Shown: one piece after another, positions 52,364-62,169 of the stretch
Numbering within the stretch: the first letter of the stretch is position 1
Layout: each line of letters begins with the position of its first letter
NCBI GenBank assembly: GCA_030652335.1
Contig: JAUSAW010000006.1
Location: forward strand, 96,499 to 160,498
DNA from: Gammaproteobacteria bacterium
GTDB lineage: Bacteria; Pseudomonadota; Gammaproteobacteria; Francisellales; CACEW01
Length of the DNA stretch: 64,000 nt
Reading direction: 5' to 3'
The notes under the pieces: model-generated
Told to the model about the DNA's origin: nothing
The model's database searches: none
The model's input: only the letters and a program-made list of their open reading frames with translations
Translations under genes and position numbers: made by a program

Positions 52364-53587
52364 ATGATTACACTAAAAAACATTCAAACCATCGATGGCC
52401 AGCGTATCGATAAAACCTATCCTAGCGAAGAATCGTGCGAAATCGATGGCACAGGTTTAACGATTATGCCTGCCGCGATCGATCCGCACGTGCATTTTCG
52501 TACCCCGGGTGCCGAACATAAAGAAAGCTGGATAACGGGTGCTAAGGCCTGTGTACACGGAGGTTATACTCATGTGTTTGATATGCCAAATAATGTGCCG
52601 GCTTGTTCTACCGTTGAGCGCCTAGAGGCCAAAATGGCCTTAATCGAGCAGCAATTAAAAGAGGCGGGTATTCCCTTGCGTTATCACTTATATTTTGGGG
52701 CAGACCGCAAGACCCTCGATCAAATCCCCTTAGTTAAAGACAAGATAATCGGTGTTAAAATTTTTATGGGTTCCAGCACCGGCGATTTATTGATGGATAA
52801 AGTCGATGATTTGCGCCAAGCCTTTGAAATTTGCGGCAAGCACGATATTTTAGTCGCGGTCCATGCCGAAGATGAATGCCTGATTCAGCAACGCATGGCT
52901 GAATTTAAGGGGCAAACCGATTTCAGGGTGCATTCTAAAATAAGAAGTCCTGAGGTGGCTGAGGCCGCCGTTAAACAAGCGATAGACTTAGCCAGAGAGT
53001 TTAATACCCGGCTTTATATTTTACATGTTAGTACCATTAATGAACTTGAATTAATCCGAGCGGCTAAGTCCGAGGGCCTTAAAGTATATGCTGAAGCCTG
53101 CCCGCATCATTTGTTTATGACCGAAGAGGCGCTCGGAACTATGGGCGCAAGAGCTCAGATGAATCCGCCCTTGCGTTCAGCCAAGCATCAGATGGCCCTT
53201 TGGCAAGCTATTCAAGACGGCAGTATCGATACCATCGGGTCAGACCATGCACCGCATAGTGTGGAAGAAAAAAATCAGCCTTATGGTAAGGCGCCATCAG
53301 GAGTGCCAAATATGGACACCAGCATGGCGCTATTATTGAATGCCTATAATGACGGCCGTTTAAGTTTAGAGCGCATCGTAGAGTTGACGCGTACTCGGGC
53401 TCAGGAAATCTTTCGATTGCCCGACAATGACGATGTAGTGCTAGTGGATTTACATAAAACTAAAATAGTAGATGAGGCGAAGCTTTATACCCGCTGCGGC
53501 TGGTCGCCTTATGCCGGCTGGGAACTTAAAGGCTGGCCTAGCTATACGATTTGCCAGGGTAAAGTATTTACCTGCCGCCAAGACTAG
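52364..53587 (+). CDS. pyrC: Dihydroorotase-like cyclic amidohydrolase
   Basis: 407 aa with the metal-binding DPHVHFRTPG, plus later HAED, HV and GSDHAPH motifs of the amidohydrolase superfamily (dihydroorotase/allantoinase class). Confidence 0.7.
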   Translation: MITLKNIQTIDGQRIDKTYPSEESCEIDGTGLTIMPAAIDPHVHFRTPGAEHKESWITGAKACVHGGYTHVFDMPNNVPACSTVERLEAKMALIEQQLKEAGIPLRYHLYFGADRKTLDQIPLVKDKIIGVKIFMGSSTGDLLMDKVDDLRQAFEICGKHDILVAVHAEDECLIQQRMAEFKGQTDFRVHSKIRSPEVAEAAVKQAIDLAREFNTRLYILHVSTINELELIRAAKSEGLKVYAEACPHHLFMTEEALGTMGARAQMNPPLRSAKHQMALWQAIQDGSIDTIGSDHAPHSVEEKNQPYGKAPSGVPNMDTSMALLLNAYNDGRLSLERIVELTRTRAQEIFRLPDNDDVVLVDLHKTKIVDEAKLYTRCGWSPYAGWELKGWPSYTICQGKVFTCRQD

Positions 53588-53620
53588 TCATGCGGCACCT
53601 TAAATAGCCGTTCGATATGC

Positions 53621-54252
53621 TCAAGCTTGGGAGATTATGCAGCAGGATGAATCTTTTTCCTTGCCGCTAACTAAACCTGTGCTTGGAGTGGCAGCATTTC
53701 TGATTACTATCGCGGTTTTTATAGAGCCTGAACCTGAAAGCGAAGTTTTAGCTCTACTGGTATTATAAATGGCCGTGCTATATTTTATGGGAAGATCTTT
53801 GCCATTTTCGATAGCTTTATCGATAAGATTGTTGGCGGCACGCATAGAGACAGCTTGTTTAGCTTCCTCTGGTAGCAGAGTGAAAGTATGGGCAAATATT
53901 ATCGTATCTTTATCCTGTTCATAACTTATTATTTGAGGTTTACTTTTAGTGCTCGCTCTTATCTTAAATGGCTCTAAATGTAGAGCAAACTCATGACTAA
54001 TCAAGTCTTCTATTTCTGGCGGTATTCCGTAATCAGGAAATTTTCTAAAATCCGAATAAACCTCAAGAAAAGCCTCATGTAATAATGTTAGAATGTTAGT
54101 CGGCAAACTGTCATTTTTTCAAGAAAGGTGGTCTCAGGTGAAAAACGTGAGAATTTATTTTTATATAAATTCGCTAAGAAATCAAAATCATCGGACATAA
54201 CATTATCGGCTAAATACTTATCTAATTCAGTTAGTGTTATTAGTTTAAACAT
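53621..54252 (-). pseudogene. Orphan gene split by a +1/-1 frameshift at a homopolymer
   Basis: The two ORFs (54088..54252 from the SD-preceded ATG, and 53621..54106) overlap by 19 nt. Adding one A to the A6 run (T6 at 54114-54119 on the plus strand) fuses them as ...TTFLEKNDSLPTNILTLL... The product would end ...SSCCIISQA. Confidence 0.5.
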
Positions 54253-54366
54253 ATAGTTCCCCTTATTTATAGGGTATCTTACTGGGCTATTTGCTAGAAA
54301 TAAACTAGGCAATTTAGCAAATTTTCGCTATTCTACTAACACTATCCCAAGCAGATTAAACAGTTT

Positions 54367-55479
54367 ATGAAAAAGCGCCTGATTATCGTTGTCCTTTTAT
54401 TGGTACTAGTTTTTGGTGGAATTTTCGGCTATCGAATTTTTATCAACTATGAAATCAATAAGTATATGTCGCATTTTGCTATGCCTGCCGTCACAGTAAC
54501 GGTGGCCACCTCAAAAGCTGAAGTATGGCAGCCTTCTCTTTCAAGCGTAGGAACCATGGACGCGGTACAGGGCGTCAATGTTAGTTCTCAAGTGGCTGGC
54601 ATGGTGCAGGAAATCGATTTTAGCTCGGGCCAAATGGTAAGAAAAGGTCAGGTGCTACTTAAACTTAACGCCGATGTTTTAAAGGCCCAGCTTCAAGGTA
54701 ACTTAGCCGCGGTTAAGTTGGCGCAGATTAACTATGATCGCTCGCTAAAATTATTTAAGGTTGGCGCTATACCCAAAGCCGTATTGGATAATAATCTTTC
54801 CACCTTACAGGAAGATGAAGCCTCTGTGGCCCAGACCGAGCAATCGATCATACAGACCATTATAAAAGCGCCATTCTCTGGTAAATTAGGGATTCGCCAG
54901 GTTAATATCGGCCAGTATCTAAACCCGGGGGATACCATTACCAATTTACAGACCGTCGACCCTATTTATGTTAATTATTTTATCCCCCAAGAAGACATTG
55001 GCAAATTAAGCGTAGGCCAGGCGGTGTTAATAACGGTTGGTACTTATCCTGGAGTTACTTTCCCGGCTAAAATAAATGCCATCGATGCTGAAGTCAGCGA
55101 TAATACAAAGAGCATAGCGGTGCAGGCCTTAGTTAAAAATAGCAATCCTGAAACGCAACTTTATCCTGGCATGTTTGCCAATGTGACGACCCTTTTGCCA
55201 GAGCAAAATAATGTTGTCACCGTACCCCAGGTCGCTATTTCTTATACTCTGTATGGTGATTCGGTATTTGTGGTAACGGATCAGACCGATAAATCAGGCA
55301 AAACGATTAAAACAGCGAATCGAGTCTATGTCACGACCGGCGAGCAACGCGGTGATGAAGTTCAAATCTTGCAAGGGCTAAAAGCCGGGCAGGTCGTCGT
55401 TAAAGACGGGCAGATTAAACTTCAGGATACTAACCCAGTCACTATTGCGAATTCAGATTCCAGTACCAGTAGTAGTTAA
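54367..55479 (+). CDS. RND efflux periplasmic adaptor (membrane fusion protein)
   Basis: 370 aa with an N-terminal transmembrane anchor, then a lipoyl / coiled-coil / beta-barrel layout (VSSQVAGMVQEIDF..GQMVRKGQVLLKLN). Confidence 0.9.
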   Translation: MKKRLIIVVLLLVLVFGGIFGYRIFINYEINKYMSHFAMPAVTVTVATSKAEVWQPSLSSVGTMDAVQGVNVSSQVAGMVQEIDFSSGQMVRKGQVLLKLNADVLKAQLQGNLAAVKLAQINYDRSLKLFKVGAIPKAVLDNNLSTLQEDEASVAQTEQSIIQTIIKAPFSGKLGIRQVNIGQYLNPGDTITNLQTVDPIYVNYFIPQEDIGKLSVGQAVLITVGTYPGVTFPAKINAIDAEVSDNTKSIAVQALVKNSNPETQLYPGMFANVTTLLPEQNNVVTVPQVAISYTLYGDSVFVVTDQTDKSGKTIKTANRVYVTTGEQRGDEVQILQGLKAGQVVVKDGQIKLQDTNPVTIANSDSSTSSS

Positions 55480-55488
55480 GAGGCCAGC

Positions 55489-58400
55489 ATGAAATTTACC
55501 GATATTTTTATTAAAAAGCCGGTCTTAGCCTCGGTAGTGAGTCTGCTTATTGTCGTAATGGGTTTATCGGCTATCGCTAAGCTGCCGTTACGCCAATATC
55601 CTGCTATGCAAAATACCACAATTACCATTACCACCGACTATCCTGGTGCCAGCGCTGATGTGGTGCAAGGATTTATTACCACACCTCTTTCGCAAGCGGT
55701 GGGTAGCGCGGACGGCATCGATTATCTCGAGGCGACGAGTTCCTCGAGTATCAGTACCATTACCGCTCATATTAAATTAAATTATGACCCTAATGCCGCC
55801 CTAACCAATATCACGGGTAAGGTGGATTCGGTTATTAACCAATTACCAACAGGCAGTCAGTCCCCCGTTATCGATAAAGAAACCGGACAAACCTTTCCCG
55901 ACTTAATTATGGGCTTCACCGCCACGACCATGAGCCCTGAGCAAATAACGGCTTATATTCAAAACGTGGTGATGCCAAAACTCTATAGCGTTGGCGGAAT
56001 TTCTAATATTGTGGTTTATGGGGCCAAGACCTATGCGATGCGTATATGGCTTAACCCTCAAAAAATGGCCTTGCTCGGGGTCAGCCCTCAGGATGTGCAG
56101 TCGGCTTTACAGACCAATAATATTCAATCGGCACCGGGGCAATTAAAGCAGCCCTATATGTACACCGATATCCAGGCCCAAACCGATCTCCATACTGTGG
56201 CCCAATTTGATAATTTAGTGATTAAAAATGCCAAAGGCCATCTCATTCGAGTTCAGGATATCGGCTATGCGGAAATGGGTTCGCAAAGCTATGATTCTCA
56301 AGTCTATTATAACGGTAAACAAGCGGTATTCGCCGGAGTTAGTTCAGCGCCTGGCGCAAATCCGCTTACCGTCGTGGATGGCGTTATTAAAGCCTTGCCT
56401 GGCATTAAGGCCAATTTCCCGCCCGGCTTAAAAGTAGAGGTGGTGCACGATAGTACTCAGTTTATTCGAGTATCGATTAAAGAAGTAATCGAGACCATTA
56501 TCGCCGCGACGCTTATCGTTATTATCGTCATTTATTTATTTTTAGGCTCCCTGCGCGCCGTGCTTATTCCGGTGGCGGCTATTCCGCTATCCTTAATCGG
56601 GGTATGCTTTTTAATGTTAATGATGGGCTATTCCATTAACCTCTTAACTTTATTGGCTATGGTGCTGGCCATCGGTTTAGTGGTCGATGATGCGGTAGTC
56701 GTATTAGAAAATATTTACCGGCATGTCGAAGAAGGTTTAACGCCATTTCAGGCGGCGATTAAAGGCACGCGAGAAATTGCCGGGCCAGTGATGGTGATGA
56801 CCACGACCTTGGCCGCTGTATTTGCGCCGATTGGGTTCGTGGGCGGTTTAACCGGGGCTTTATTTGGCGAATTTGCTTTTACCCTGGCCGCTGCGGTGGT
56901 TATTTCCGGGATAGTGGCCTTAACTTTTTCCCCGATGCTATGTTCCAAGGTTATTAGCGCAGACCTGTTAAAAGGTCGGTTCGTCCAGCGTATCGATAAA
57001 GTATTTCATAACTTAAAAGGGCGCTATCATCGCCGCTTACAAGGGGTCTTGGACTACCGTCCCTTGGTTTTATTGGTAGCAGTCGTAGTACTAAGCAGCT
57101 GCTTCTTTCTATTTACCGGCTCTCAGAGTGAATTAGCGCCTACGGAAGATCAGGGCTTTATTGGCTTATTCGCCAATGCCCCAAGCTCGGCTAATCTGCC
57201 CTATGTGCAACAATTTAATGCCGATTTAATGAAGATATTTAATGATATTCCTGAAACAGACCATAGTTTTATTATCGATGGGATGCAGGGCCCTAATACG
57301 GTGTTTGGCGGAATTATCTTAACACCCTGGGGTCAACGCCATCAGACTCAGATGCAGATCACGCCGCTGTTACAGAATCAATTGAATAATATTCCAGGTC
57401 TACAGGCCTTTGCCTTCCAAATGCCACCGTTGCCTGGAGTGGATTTCGGACTACCTTTACAATTTGTCATCACCACCACCGATAGCCAGCAGGCTTTATT
57501 TCAAGTCATGCAGGCCTTTAAGGCTAAAGCCGCTCAAAGTGGGATGTTCTTATTTTTAAATAGCTCGCTGCAGTTTGATAAGCCGCAAATACAGATCAGT
57601 ATCGATCAAAATAAGGCCGCGGCCTTAGGGATTTCGATGTCTGAAATCGCCGCTTCTTTAAATACCATGTTGGGTGGTAATTTGGTTAACTACTTTAGCC
57701 AGGGCGGCTATAGTTATCAAGTCATCCCTCAGGTGCCTGATGATTGGCGTCGTAATGTTAAGCAACTGCAAAATATTAATATTCCTACCTCTAGCGGTAG
57801 CCTGGTGCCTTTATCGAGCATAGTAAGCTTTAGTAATGCCACCGAGCCTTCTTCGCTATACCAATTCCAGCAGTTAAATGGTGCCACCTTAGAAGGCATG
57901 CTTAAGCCTGGTTACACCTTAGGGCAAGGATTAGCGTATCTTCAAGGTTTAGCCAAAGAAACTTTGCCGCAAAATATGTCGATTAACTATGCAGGTCAGT
58001 CTCGTCAGTTTGTCGAGGAGGGCGATGTTTTAATCTATGCCTTCTTATTAGCGCTTATTATTATTTTCTTGGTGCTAGCCGCTCAGTTTGAAAGCTTCCG
58101 CGACCCATTGGTGGTATTGGTCAGCGTGCCTCTATCGATATGTGGGGCTTTAATTCCGCTCTATTTAGGCCTGGCTACCATTAATATTTATACCGAAATC
58201 GGCTTAATTACCTTAATAGGCTTAATCAGCAAACACGGTATTTTAATGGTGGAATTCGCCAATCGCCTGCAAGACGAGCAAGGCCTATCGATTCGCGAAG
58301 CCATCGAACAATCTGCCGCCACCCGACTGCGTCCGATCTTAATGACTACCTTCTGTATGGTGTTTGGTATATTGCCATTGCTATTAGCCACAGGTGCCGG

Positions 58401-58566
58401 TGCTGTGAGCCGTTTCGATGTAGGCTTAGTGATTACGGCAGGGATGACGATAGGGACCTGTTTCACGCTATTTGTGGTGCCAACCATGTATACCTATATC
58501 GCCGAAGATCGCGTTGCTGCGGCCAAAAGAAAGGCCGAAAAGCAAGTGATGCCAGAGGATGAATAG
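55489..58566 (+). CDS. RND efflux transporter permease (AcrB/MdtB family)
   Basis: 1025 aa with 12 transmembrane helices. FIKKPVLASVVSLLIV, GLVVDDAVVVLENI and LISKHGILMVEFAN are typical RND motifs. Confidence 0.95.
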   Translation: MKFTDIFIKKPVLASVVSLLIVVMGLSAIAKLPLRQYPAMQNTTITITTDYPGASADVVQGFITTPLSQAVGSADGIDYLEATSSSSISTITAHIKLNYDPNAALTNITGKVDSVINQLPTGSQSPVIDKETGQTFPDLIMGFTATTMSPEQITAYIQNVVMPKLYSVGGISNIVVYGAKTYAMRIWLNPQKMALLGVSPQDVQSALQTNNIQSAPGQLKQPYMYTDIQAQTDLHTVAQFDNLVIKNAKGHLIRVQDIGYAEMGSQSYDSQVYYNGKQAVFAGVSSAPGANPLTVVDGVIKALPGIKANFPPGLKVEVVHDSTQFIRVSIKEVIETIIAATLIVIIVIYLFLGSLRAVLIPVAAIPLSLIGVCFLMLMMGYSINLLTLLAMVLAIGLVVDDAVVVLENIYRHVEEGLTPFQAAIKGTREIAGPVMVMTTTLAAVFAPIGFVGGLTGALFGEFAFTLAAAVVISGIVALTFSPMLCSKVISADLLKGRFVQRIDKVFHNLKGRYHRRLQGVLDYRPLVLLVAVVVLSSCFFLFTGSQSELAPTEDQGFIGLFANAPSSANLPYVQQFNADLMKIFNDIPETDHSFIIDGMQGPNTVFGGIILTPWGQRHQTQMQITPLLQNQLNNIPGLQAFAFQMPPLPGVDFGLPLQFVITTTDSQQALFQVMQAFKAKAAQSGMFLFLNSSLQFDKPQIQISIDQNKAAALGISMSEIAASLNTMLGGNLVNYFSQGGYSYQVIPQVPDDWRRNVKQLQNINIPTSSGSLVPLSSIVSFSNATEPSSLYQFQQLNGATLEGMLKPGYTLGQGLAYLQGLAKETLPQNMSINYAGQSRQFVEEGDVLIYAFLLALIIIFLVLAAQFESFRDPLVVLVSVPLSICGALIPLYLGLATINIYTEIGLITLIGLISKHGILMVEFANRLQDEQGLSIREAIEQSAATRLRPILMTTFCMVFGILPLLLATGAGAVSRFDVGLVITAGMTIGTCFTLFVVPTMYTYIAEDRVAAAKRKAEKQVMPEDE

Positions 58567-58567
58567 T

Positions 58568-58714
58568 AGCGCTAACAATAGTAAGCAGTGGCCAGATCAA
58601 ATTCTTGAATTTCAAGGTGTGCCTGATTTTCCTGCCTTTGAGGAAAGTCGTAAAGATTTAGTAGATCCGCATGAAGATTTATTTATCACAGAGACTACTA
58701 AAAAAGCTCTCTAA
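58568..58714 (+). pseudogene. C-terminal stump of a second RHH VapB-type antitoxin (paralogue of 59887..60120)
   Basis: It reads SANNSKQWPDQILEFQGVPDFPAFEESRKDLVDPHEDLF...* against SNANKWPDEILEFQGIADFPAFEESRKDFLDPREDPFK* in the intact gene. No N-terminal half and no start codon are present. It begins 2 nt after the RND stop. Confidence 0.65.
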
Positions 58715-58823
58715 TTTGAGTAGGTAAGTCTATGCGATCTTCCATAAAATCACTTGGTATTTCTAGGCTATCTATTAATTTGAAATACTCTTTCCAAAGC
58801 TCTGGCTTACTCAATATTTTCAT
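58698..58823 (-). pseudogene. Possible C-terminal stump of an AbrB/VagC-type antitoxin
   Basis: The 41 codons MKILSKPELWKEYFKLIDSLEIPSDFMEDRIDLPTQIRELF* end like VapB/VagC antitoxins (..W..f......pdDFm.eRed.p.qeRe.l). The DNA-binding N-terminal half is absent. It converges on and overlaps the other stump. Confidence 0.35.
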
Positions 58824-58896
58824 TGTATGAGGCGTAATGCTCTTCTTGGTGATTTGCACCTATATAAGCGATAGGAATGAATTAAGCTTGCTTATT

Positions 58897-58929
58897 ATGT
58901 AAATAAACATATAGTATACAAGTTTACAT
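58897..58929. promoter_or_regulatory. Inverted repeat upstream of the SRPBCC-MarR pair (candidate MarR operator)
   Basis: ATGTAAA (58897-58903) / TTTACAT (58923-58929) flank an AT-rich core. It lies 14 nt upstream of the ATG at 58943. Confidence 0.35.
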
Positions 58930-58942
58930 AAAGGAGAGTAAA

Positions 58943-59368
58943 ATGTGGATTCAAACTCATAGCAAAGTCTATCAAGGCGTTAGCAAAGAAGCGATATGGC
59001 AAATTTGGACTGATGTGAATAATTGGGCCGCCTGGCACGATGATCTAGACTATTGCAAAATGGAAGGCTCCTTTGAAGTGGAGAACTATTTTATGCTTAA
59101 GCCCAAAGGCATGGGGCCGTTTAAAATAACCCTGACAGAAGTTATCCCTGGTAAGAAGTTTACCGATTGCACCCAATTTTTCGGTGCCAAAATGTATGAT
59201 ACGCATGAATTGAAAGAAACGCCTGAGGGCTTACGTTTAATCAGCACCATGAAGGTTACAGGCCCATTACAATATCTATGGGTTATGCTGGTGGCGAAAA
59301 ATGTTTTTAACGATACTGAGGCCCAAAATGATGCCTTGGTTAAGTGTGCAAGGTCTGCGCATGAGTGA
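58943..59368 (+). CDS. SRPBCC (START/polyketide-cyclase-like) domain protein
   Basis: 141 aa. The pattern VSKEAIWQIWTDVNNWAAWHDDL is typical of SRPBCC ligand-binding proteins. Confidence 0.65.
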   Translation: MWIQTHSKVYQGVSKEAIWQIWTDVNNWAAWHDDLDYCKMEGSFEVENYFMLKPKGMGPFKITLTEVIPGKKFTDCTQFFGAKMYDTHELKETPEGLRLISTMKVTGPLQYLWVMLVAKNVFNDTEAQNDALVKCARSAHE

Positions 59369-59813
59369 GTCCGCCTTTGGATTTGAGCAGCCCGAACATA
59401 GCCCCGGATTTTTATTATGGCAAACGACCATTACCTGGCAGCGATTAATTAAACAGGCGTTAGAGCCTTATGATATTGCTCATGCCCAGTTTGTGATTAT
59501 GGCCTGTTTATTATGGTTTGAAGAACAACAGATAGTGCCTACTCAAATTCTTATGGTCAGGCAAACCAAGCTCGATAAGATGACGGTATCCAAGTCACTC
59601 AAGAAAATGGCAGTTCAAGGTTTAATAGCGCGAGTCGAGCATGAATATGACACCCGAGCCAAATCGGTGCGTTTAACAGATAAAGGCAAAATACTAGCAG
59701 GCACTTTAGTGCCCGTTGTTGAAAATATAGATAAGCAATTTTTTGGGCAACTAAACCAGTTAGACCAGCAAGATCTTATTAATGTATTAGCAAAGCTTAT
59801 AGCACCTTGCTGA
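59361..59813 (+). CDS. MarR-family transcriptional regulator
   Basis: I placed the start at MSESAFGFEQPEHSPGFLLWQ, overlapping the upstream stop by 8 nt. The wHTH is TKLDKMTVSKSLKKMAVQGLIARVEHEYDTRAKSVRLTDKG. Confidence 0.8.
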   Translation: MSESAFGFEQPEHSPGFLLWQTTITWQRLIKQALEPYDIAHAQFVIMACLLWFEEQQIVPTQILMVRQTKLDKMTVSKSLKKMAVQGLIARVEHEYDTRAKSVRLTDKGKILAGTLVPVVENIDKQFFGQLNQLDQQDLINVLAKLIAPC

Positions 59814-59836
59814 AAGACCCTGGCGCTTGATTTTTT

Positions 59837-59862
59837 GTTATAACATGTTATTATGTTATAAC
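59837..59862. promoter_or_regulatory. Twin palindromes GTTATAAC upstream of vapB (candidate operator)
   Basis: The self-complementary octamer GTTATAAC occurs at 59837-59844 and 59855-59862, 18 bp centre to centre. It lies 25 nt upstream of the vapB ATG. Confidence 0.5.
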
Positions 59863-59886
59863 ATATCAATTCAAGGGGTATTAATT

Positions 59887-60120
59887 ATGCATTTTAATAT
59901 TTATCTCGATGAGCAGCTTGGCTCCCAGCTTACTTCTTGGGCTAAGCAGCAGGGAGTAACACGCAATAGCATGATTCGTGAAGCCATAAAAAAGCTTCTT
60001 GAAAGTAATGCCAATAAGTGGCCGGATGAAATCCTTGAGTTTCAAGGCATTGCTGATTTTCCTGCATTCGAAGAAAGTCGTAAGGATTTTTTAGATCCAC
60101 GCGAGGATCCATTTAAATGA
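59887..60120 (+). CDS. vapB: RHH (CopG-like) VapB-type antitoxin
   Basis: I placed the start at MHFNIYLDEQLGSQL..., preceded by an AAGGGG Shine-Dalgarno sequence. The RHH pattern is a beta-strand followed by TRNSMIREAIKKLL. The gene overlaps vapC by 4 nt (ATGA). Confidence 0.75.
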   Translation: MHFNIYLDEQLGSQLTSWAKQQGVTRNSMIREAIKKLLESNANKWPDEILEFQGIADFPAFEESRKDFLDPREDPFK

Positions 60121-60518
60121 AATATTTGCTTGATACCTGTACGATTAGTCATTTTGTAAAAGGTCATCCCTCCATTTCAAAACAGTTAAAATCTTGTAGA
60201 CCAGAACTAATTTCAATTTCTAGTATTTCAGTTATGGAGATTGAGTTTGGCTTAGCGCTTAATTTAGAACGTGCAAAGATTATCAACCCCATAATTGAAA
60301 CTCTGTTATCTAAAATACACATTTTAGCATTTGAAAAAGCAGATGCTGAAGTGGCTGGAAATCTTCGGGGGCATTTGAAAAAAGCAGGCACGCCAATAGG
60401 CCCATATGATCTATTAATAGCATCCCAAGCAATACATCATGGTTTAATATTAGTTACTCAAAATACCAAAGAGTTTTCAATGGTTCCCGTATTAACTCTC
60501 GAGGATTGGCTGGCATAG
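60117..60518 (+). CDS. vapC: PIN-domain toxin VapC
   Basis: 133 aa with MKYLLDTCTIS (first acidic residue), EIEFG, and the later D and TQNTKEF motifs of VapC. Confidence 0.85.
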   Translation: MKYLLDTCTISHFVKGHPSISKQLKSCRPELISISSISVMEIEFGLALNLERAKIINPIIETLLSKIHILAFEKADAEVAGNLRGHLKKAGTPIGPYDLLIASQAIHHGLILVTQNTKEFSMVPVLTLEDWLA

Positions 60519-60520
60519 CG

Positions 60521-60548
60521 AGTAAAATAGGGAATCCCCGAGCAGGTC
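60521..60548. repeat. GTYATCC...GGATTC family unit
   Basis: GGAATCC-CCGAGCAGGTCGG-GGATAACA. It has a hairpin core and termini related to the 43568 element. Confidence 0.5.
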
Positions 60549-60571
60549 GGGGATAACAGCGTGTGTTGCTA

Positions 60572-61975
60572 CTATAAAGTCTGTGGTCTCAACATATCTT
60601 CAGGTTTTACCCATTGATCAAACTGCTCGGCCGTTAATAAACCCAATTCCATCGCGGCAGCCTTTAAGGTTTTATTATTTTTAAAGGCATATTTGGCGAT
60701 TTTAGCAGCATTGTCATAGCCGATATGCGGGTTTAGCGCTGTGACTAGCATTAGGGTATTTTCTTCATAATATTGTAAGCGGGGCAAGTTAGGCTCGATT
60801 CCGACCGCGCAATAATCGTTAAAGGTAATACAGGTATCGGCAATAATCGTTAAGCTTTGCATAAAGTTATAGATCATTAGAGGCTTAAATACATTCAGCT
60901 CAAAGTTGCCCAAGGAGCCGCCGATATTAAGCGAGGCATCGTTGCCCATGACTTGGCAGGCGACCATGGTAATGGCTTCACACTGGGTAGGGTTTACCTT
61001 GCCTGGCATAATCGACGATCCCGGTTCATTTTCAGGGATGAAGATTTCGCTTAATCCACAGCGAGGGCCTGAGGCCATCCATCGAATATCATTGGCGATT
61101 TTCATTAGGGAGCAGGCTAAGGTTTTTAGGGCGCCATGTGCAAATACTAGGGCATCGTGTGCGGCTAAGGCTTCGAACTTATTGGGGGCGCTTACAAAAG
61201 GTAGGCCGGTGAGCTCCGCAATCTTAGCGGCTGATTTTACCGCAAACTGTGGATGGGTATTTAAGCCGGTACCTACCGCTGTCCCGCCCAGAGCTAGCTC
61301 ATAAAGGCCAGGCAATACTAGATGAATTCGATTGATGGCATTATCCAATTGCTGCACATAGCTAGAAAATTCTTGGCCAAGGGTGATGGGGGTGGCATCC
61401 ATTAAATGGGTGCGGCCGGATTTAATAATGTTGGCAAATTTTATGGCTTTATCGTGCAGGGTATCGCGCAGTTTACTAATGGCTGGTAGTAATTGTTGGT
61501 TTAAGTTAACGGCTGCGGCAATATACATAGCGGTAGGAAAAGTATCGTTAGAGCTTTGGGCTTTATTGACGTCATCGTTTGGATGGACAGGCTTCTTGCT
61601 GCCCATTACACCGCCTGCAAGTTCAATGGCGCGATTGGAAATAACCTCATTTACGTTCATATTCGACTGGGTGCCTGAGCCGGTCTGCCAAACAGAGAGT
61701 GGGAAGTTCGCTTCATCTATCTTATTTTGAAGGATTTCATCGGCGACCTTTACGATCAAGTCCATTTTATCTTTAGGCAAGGTGCCAAGCTCATTGTTTA
61801 CGAAAGCCGCGGCTTTTTTCACAATGGCTAAGCCATGAATGACACTAATTGGCATTTTTTCATGACCGCGAAAGTGTAGGCGCGAGCGCTCAGTTTGAGC
61901 ACCGTAATAGACTCCTGTTGGAACGTCTATCTCACCCATGCTGTCAGATTCAATACGAAAAGTTGTAGTCATTAA
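60572..61975 (-). CDS. fumC: Class II fumarate hydratase
   Basis: I placed the start at [54 protein letters not shown] and [15 protein letters not shown] match FumC rather than AspA. Confidence 0.9.
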   Translation of the reverse strand, partial: LMTTTFRIESDSMGEIDVPTGVYYGAQTERSRLHFRGHEKMPISVIHGLAIVKKAAAFVNNELGTLPKDKMDLIVKVADEILQNKIDEANFPLSVWQTGSGTQSNMNVNEVISNRAIELAGGVMGSKKPVHPNDDVNKAQSSNDTFPTAMYIAAAVNLNQQLLPAISKLRDTLHDKAIKFANIIKSGRTHLMDATPITLGQEFSSYVQQLDNAINRIHLVLPGLYELALGGTAVGTGLNTHPQFAVKSAAKIAELTGLPFVSAPNKFEALAAHDALVFAHGALKTLACSLMKIANDIRWMASGPRCGLSEIFIPENEPGSSIMPGKVNPTQCEAITMVACQVMGNDASLNIGGSLGNFELNVFKPLMIYNFMQSLTIIADTCITFNDYCAVGIEPNLPRLQYYEENTLMLVTALNPHIGYDNAAKIAKYAFKNNKTLKAAAMELGLLTAEQFDQWVKPEDMLRPQTL

Positions 61976-62169
61976 AGCTTCCTTGTGCCGCGTTATGTAA
62001 GCTATGCATGATAGCGCGCGAAGCTGCACTTGAAAAGAGCGCGCTGCCAGACAGGCGACATTTAGTCGATCACTATAAATATTAAAGTATAATAAAATGG
62101 CATAAAAAATTGACTTCCAGCATTATTATTATAAAAATATTATCAGTTTTTAATCATTGAGATAACATT

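Noticed and set aside
55588-58487. Short antisense or out-of-frame ORFs inside the RND permease gene (55588..55770, 56228..56431, 56748..56948, 58188..58487). Similar ORFs occur inside cyoB, rpoD, dotL, dotA, pgi and fumC.
   Set aside because: All are nested in long genes with strong family motifs. None has its own ribosome-binding site or any recognisable domain.
54367-58566. RND adaptor/permease pair lacking an adjacent outer-membrane factor, considered as an anomaly.
   Set aside because: Two-gene RND operons that borrow a TolC encoded elsewhere are common. This is not unusual in itself.
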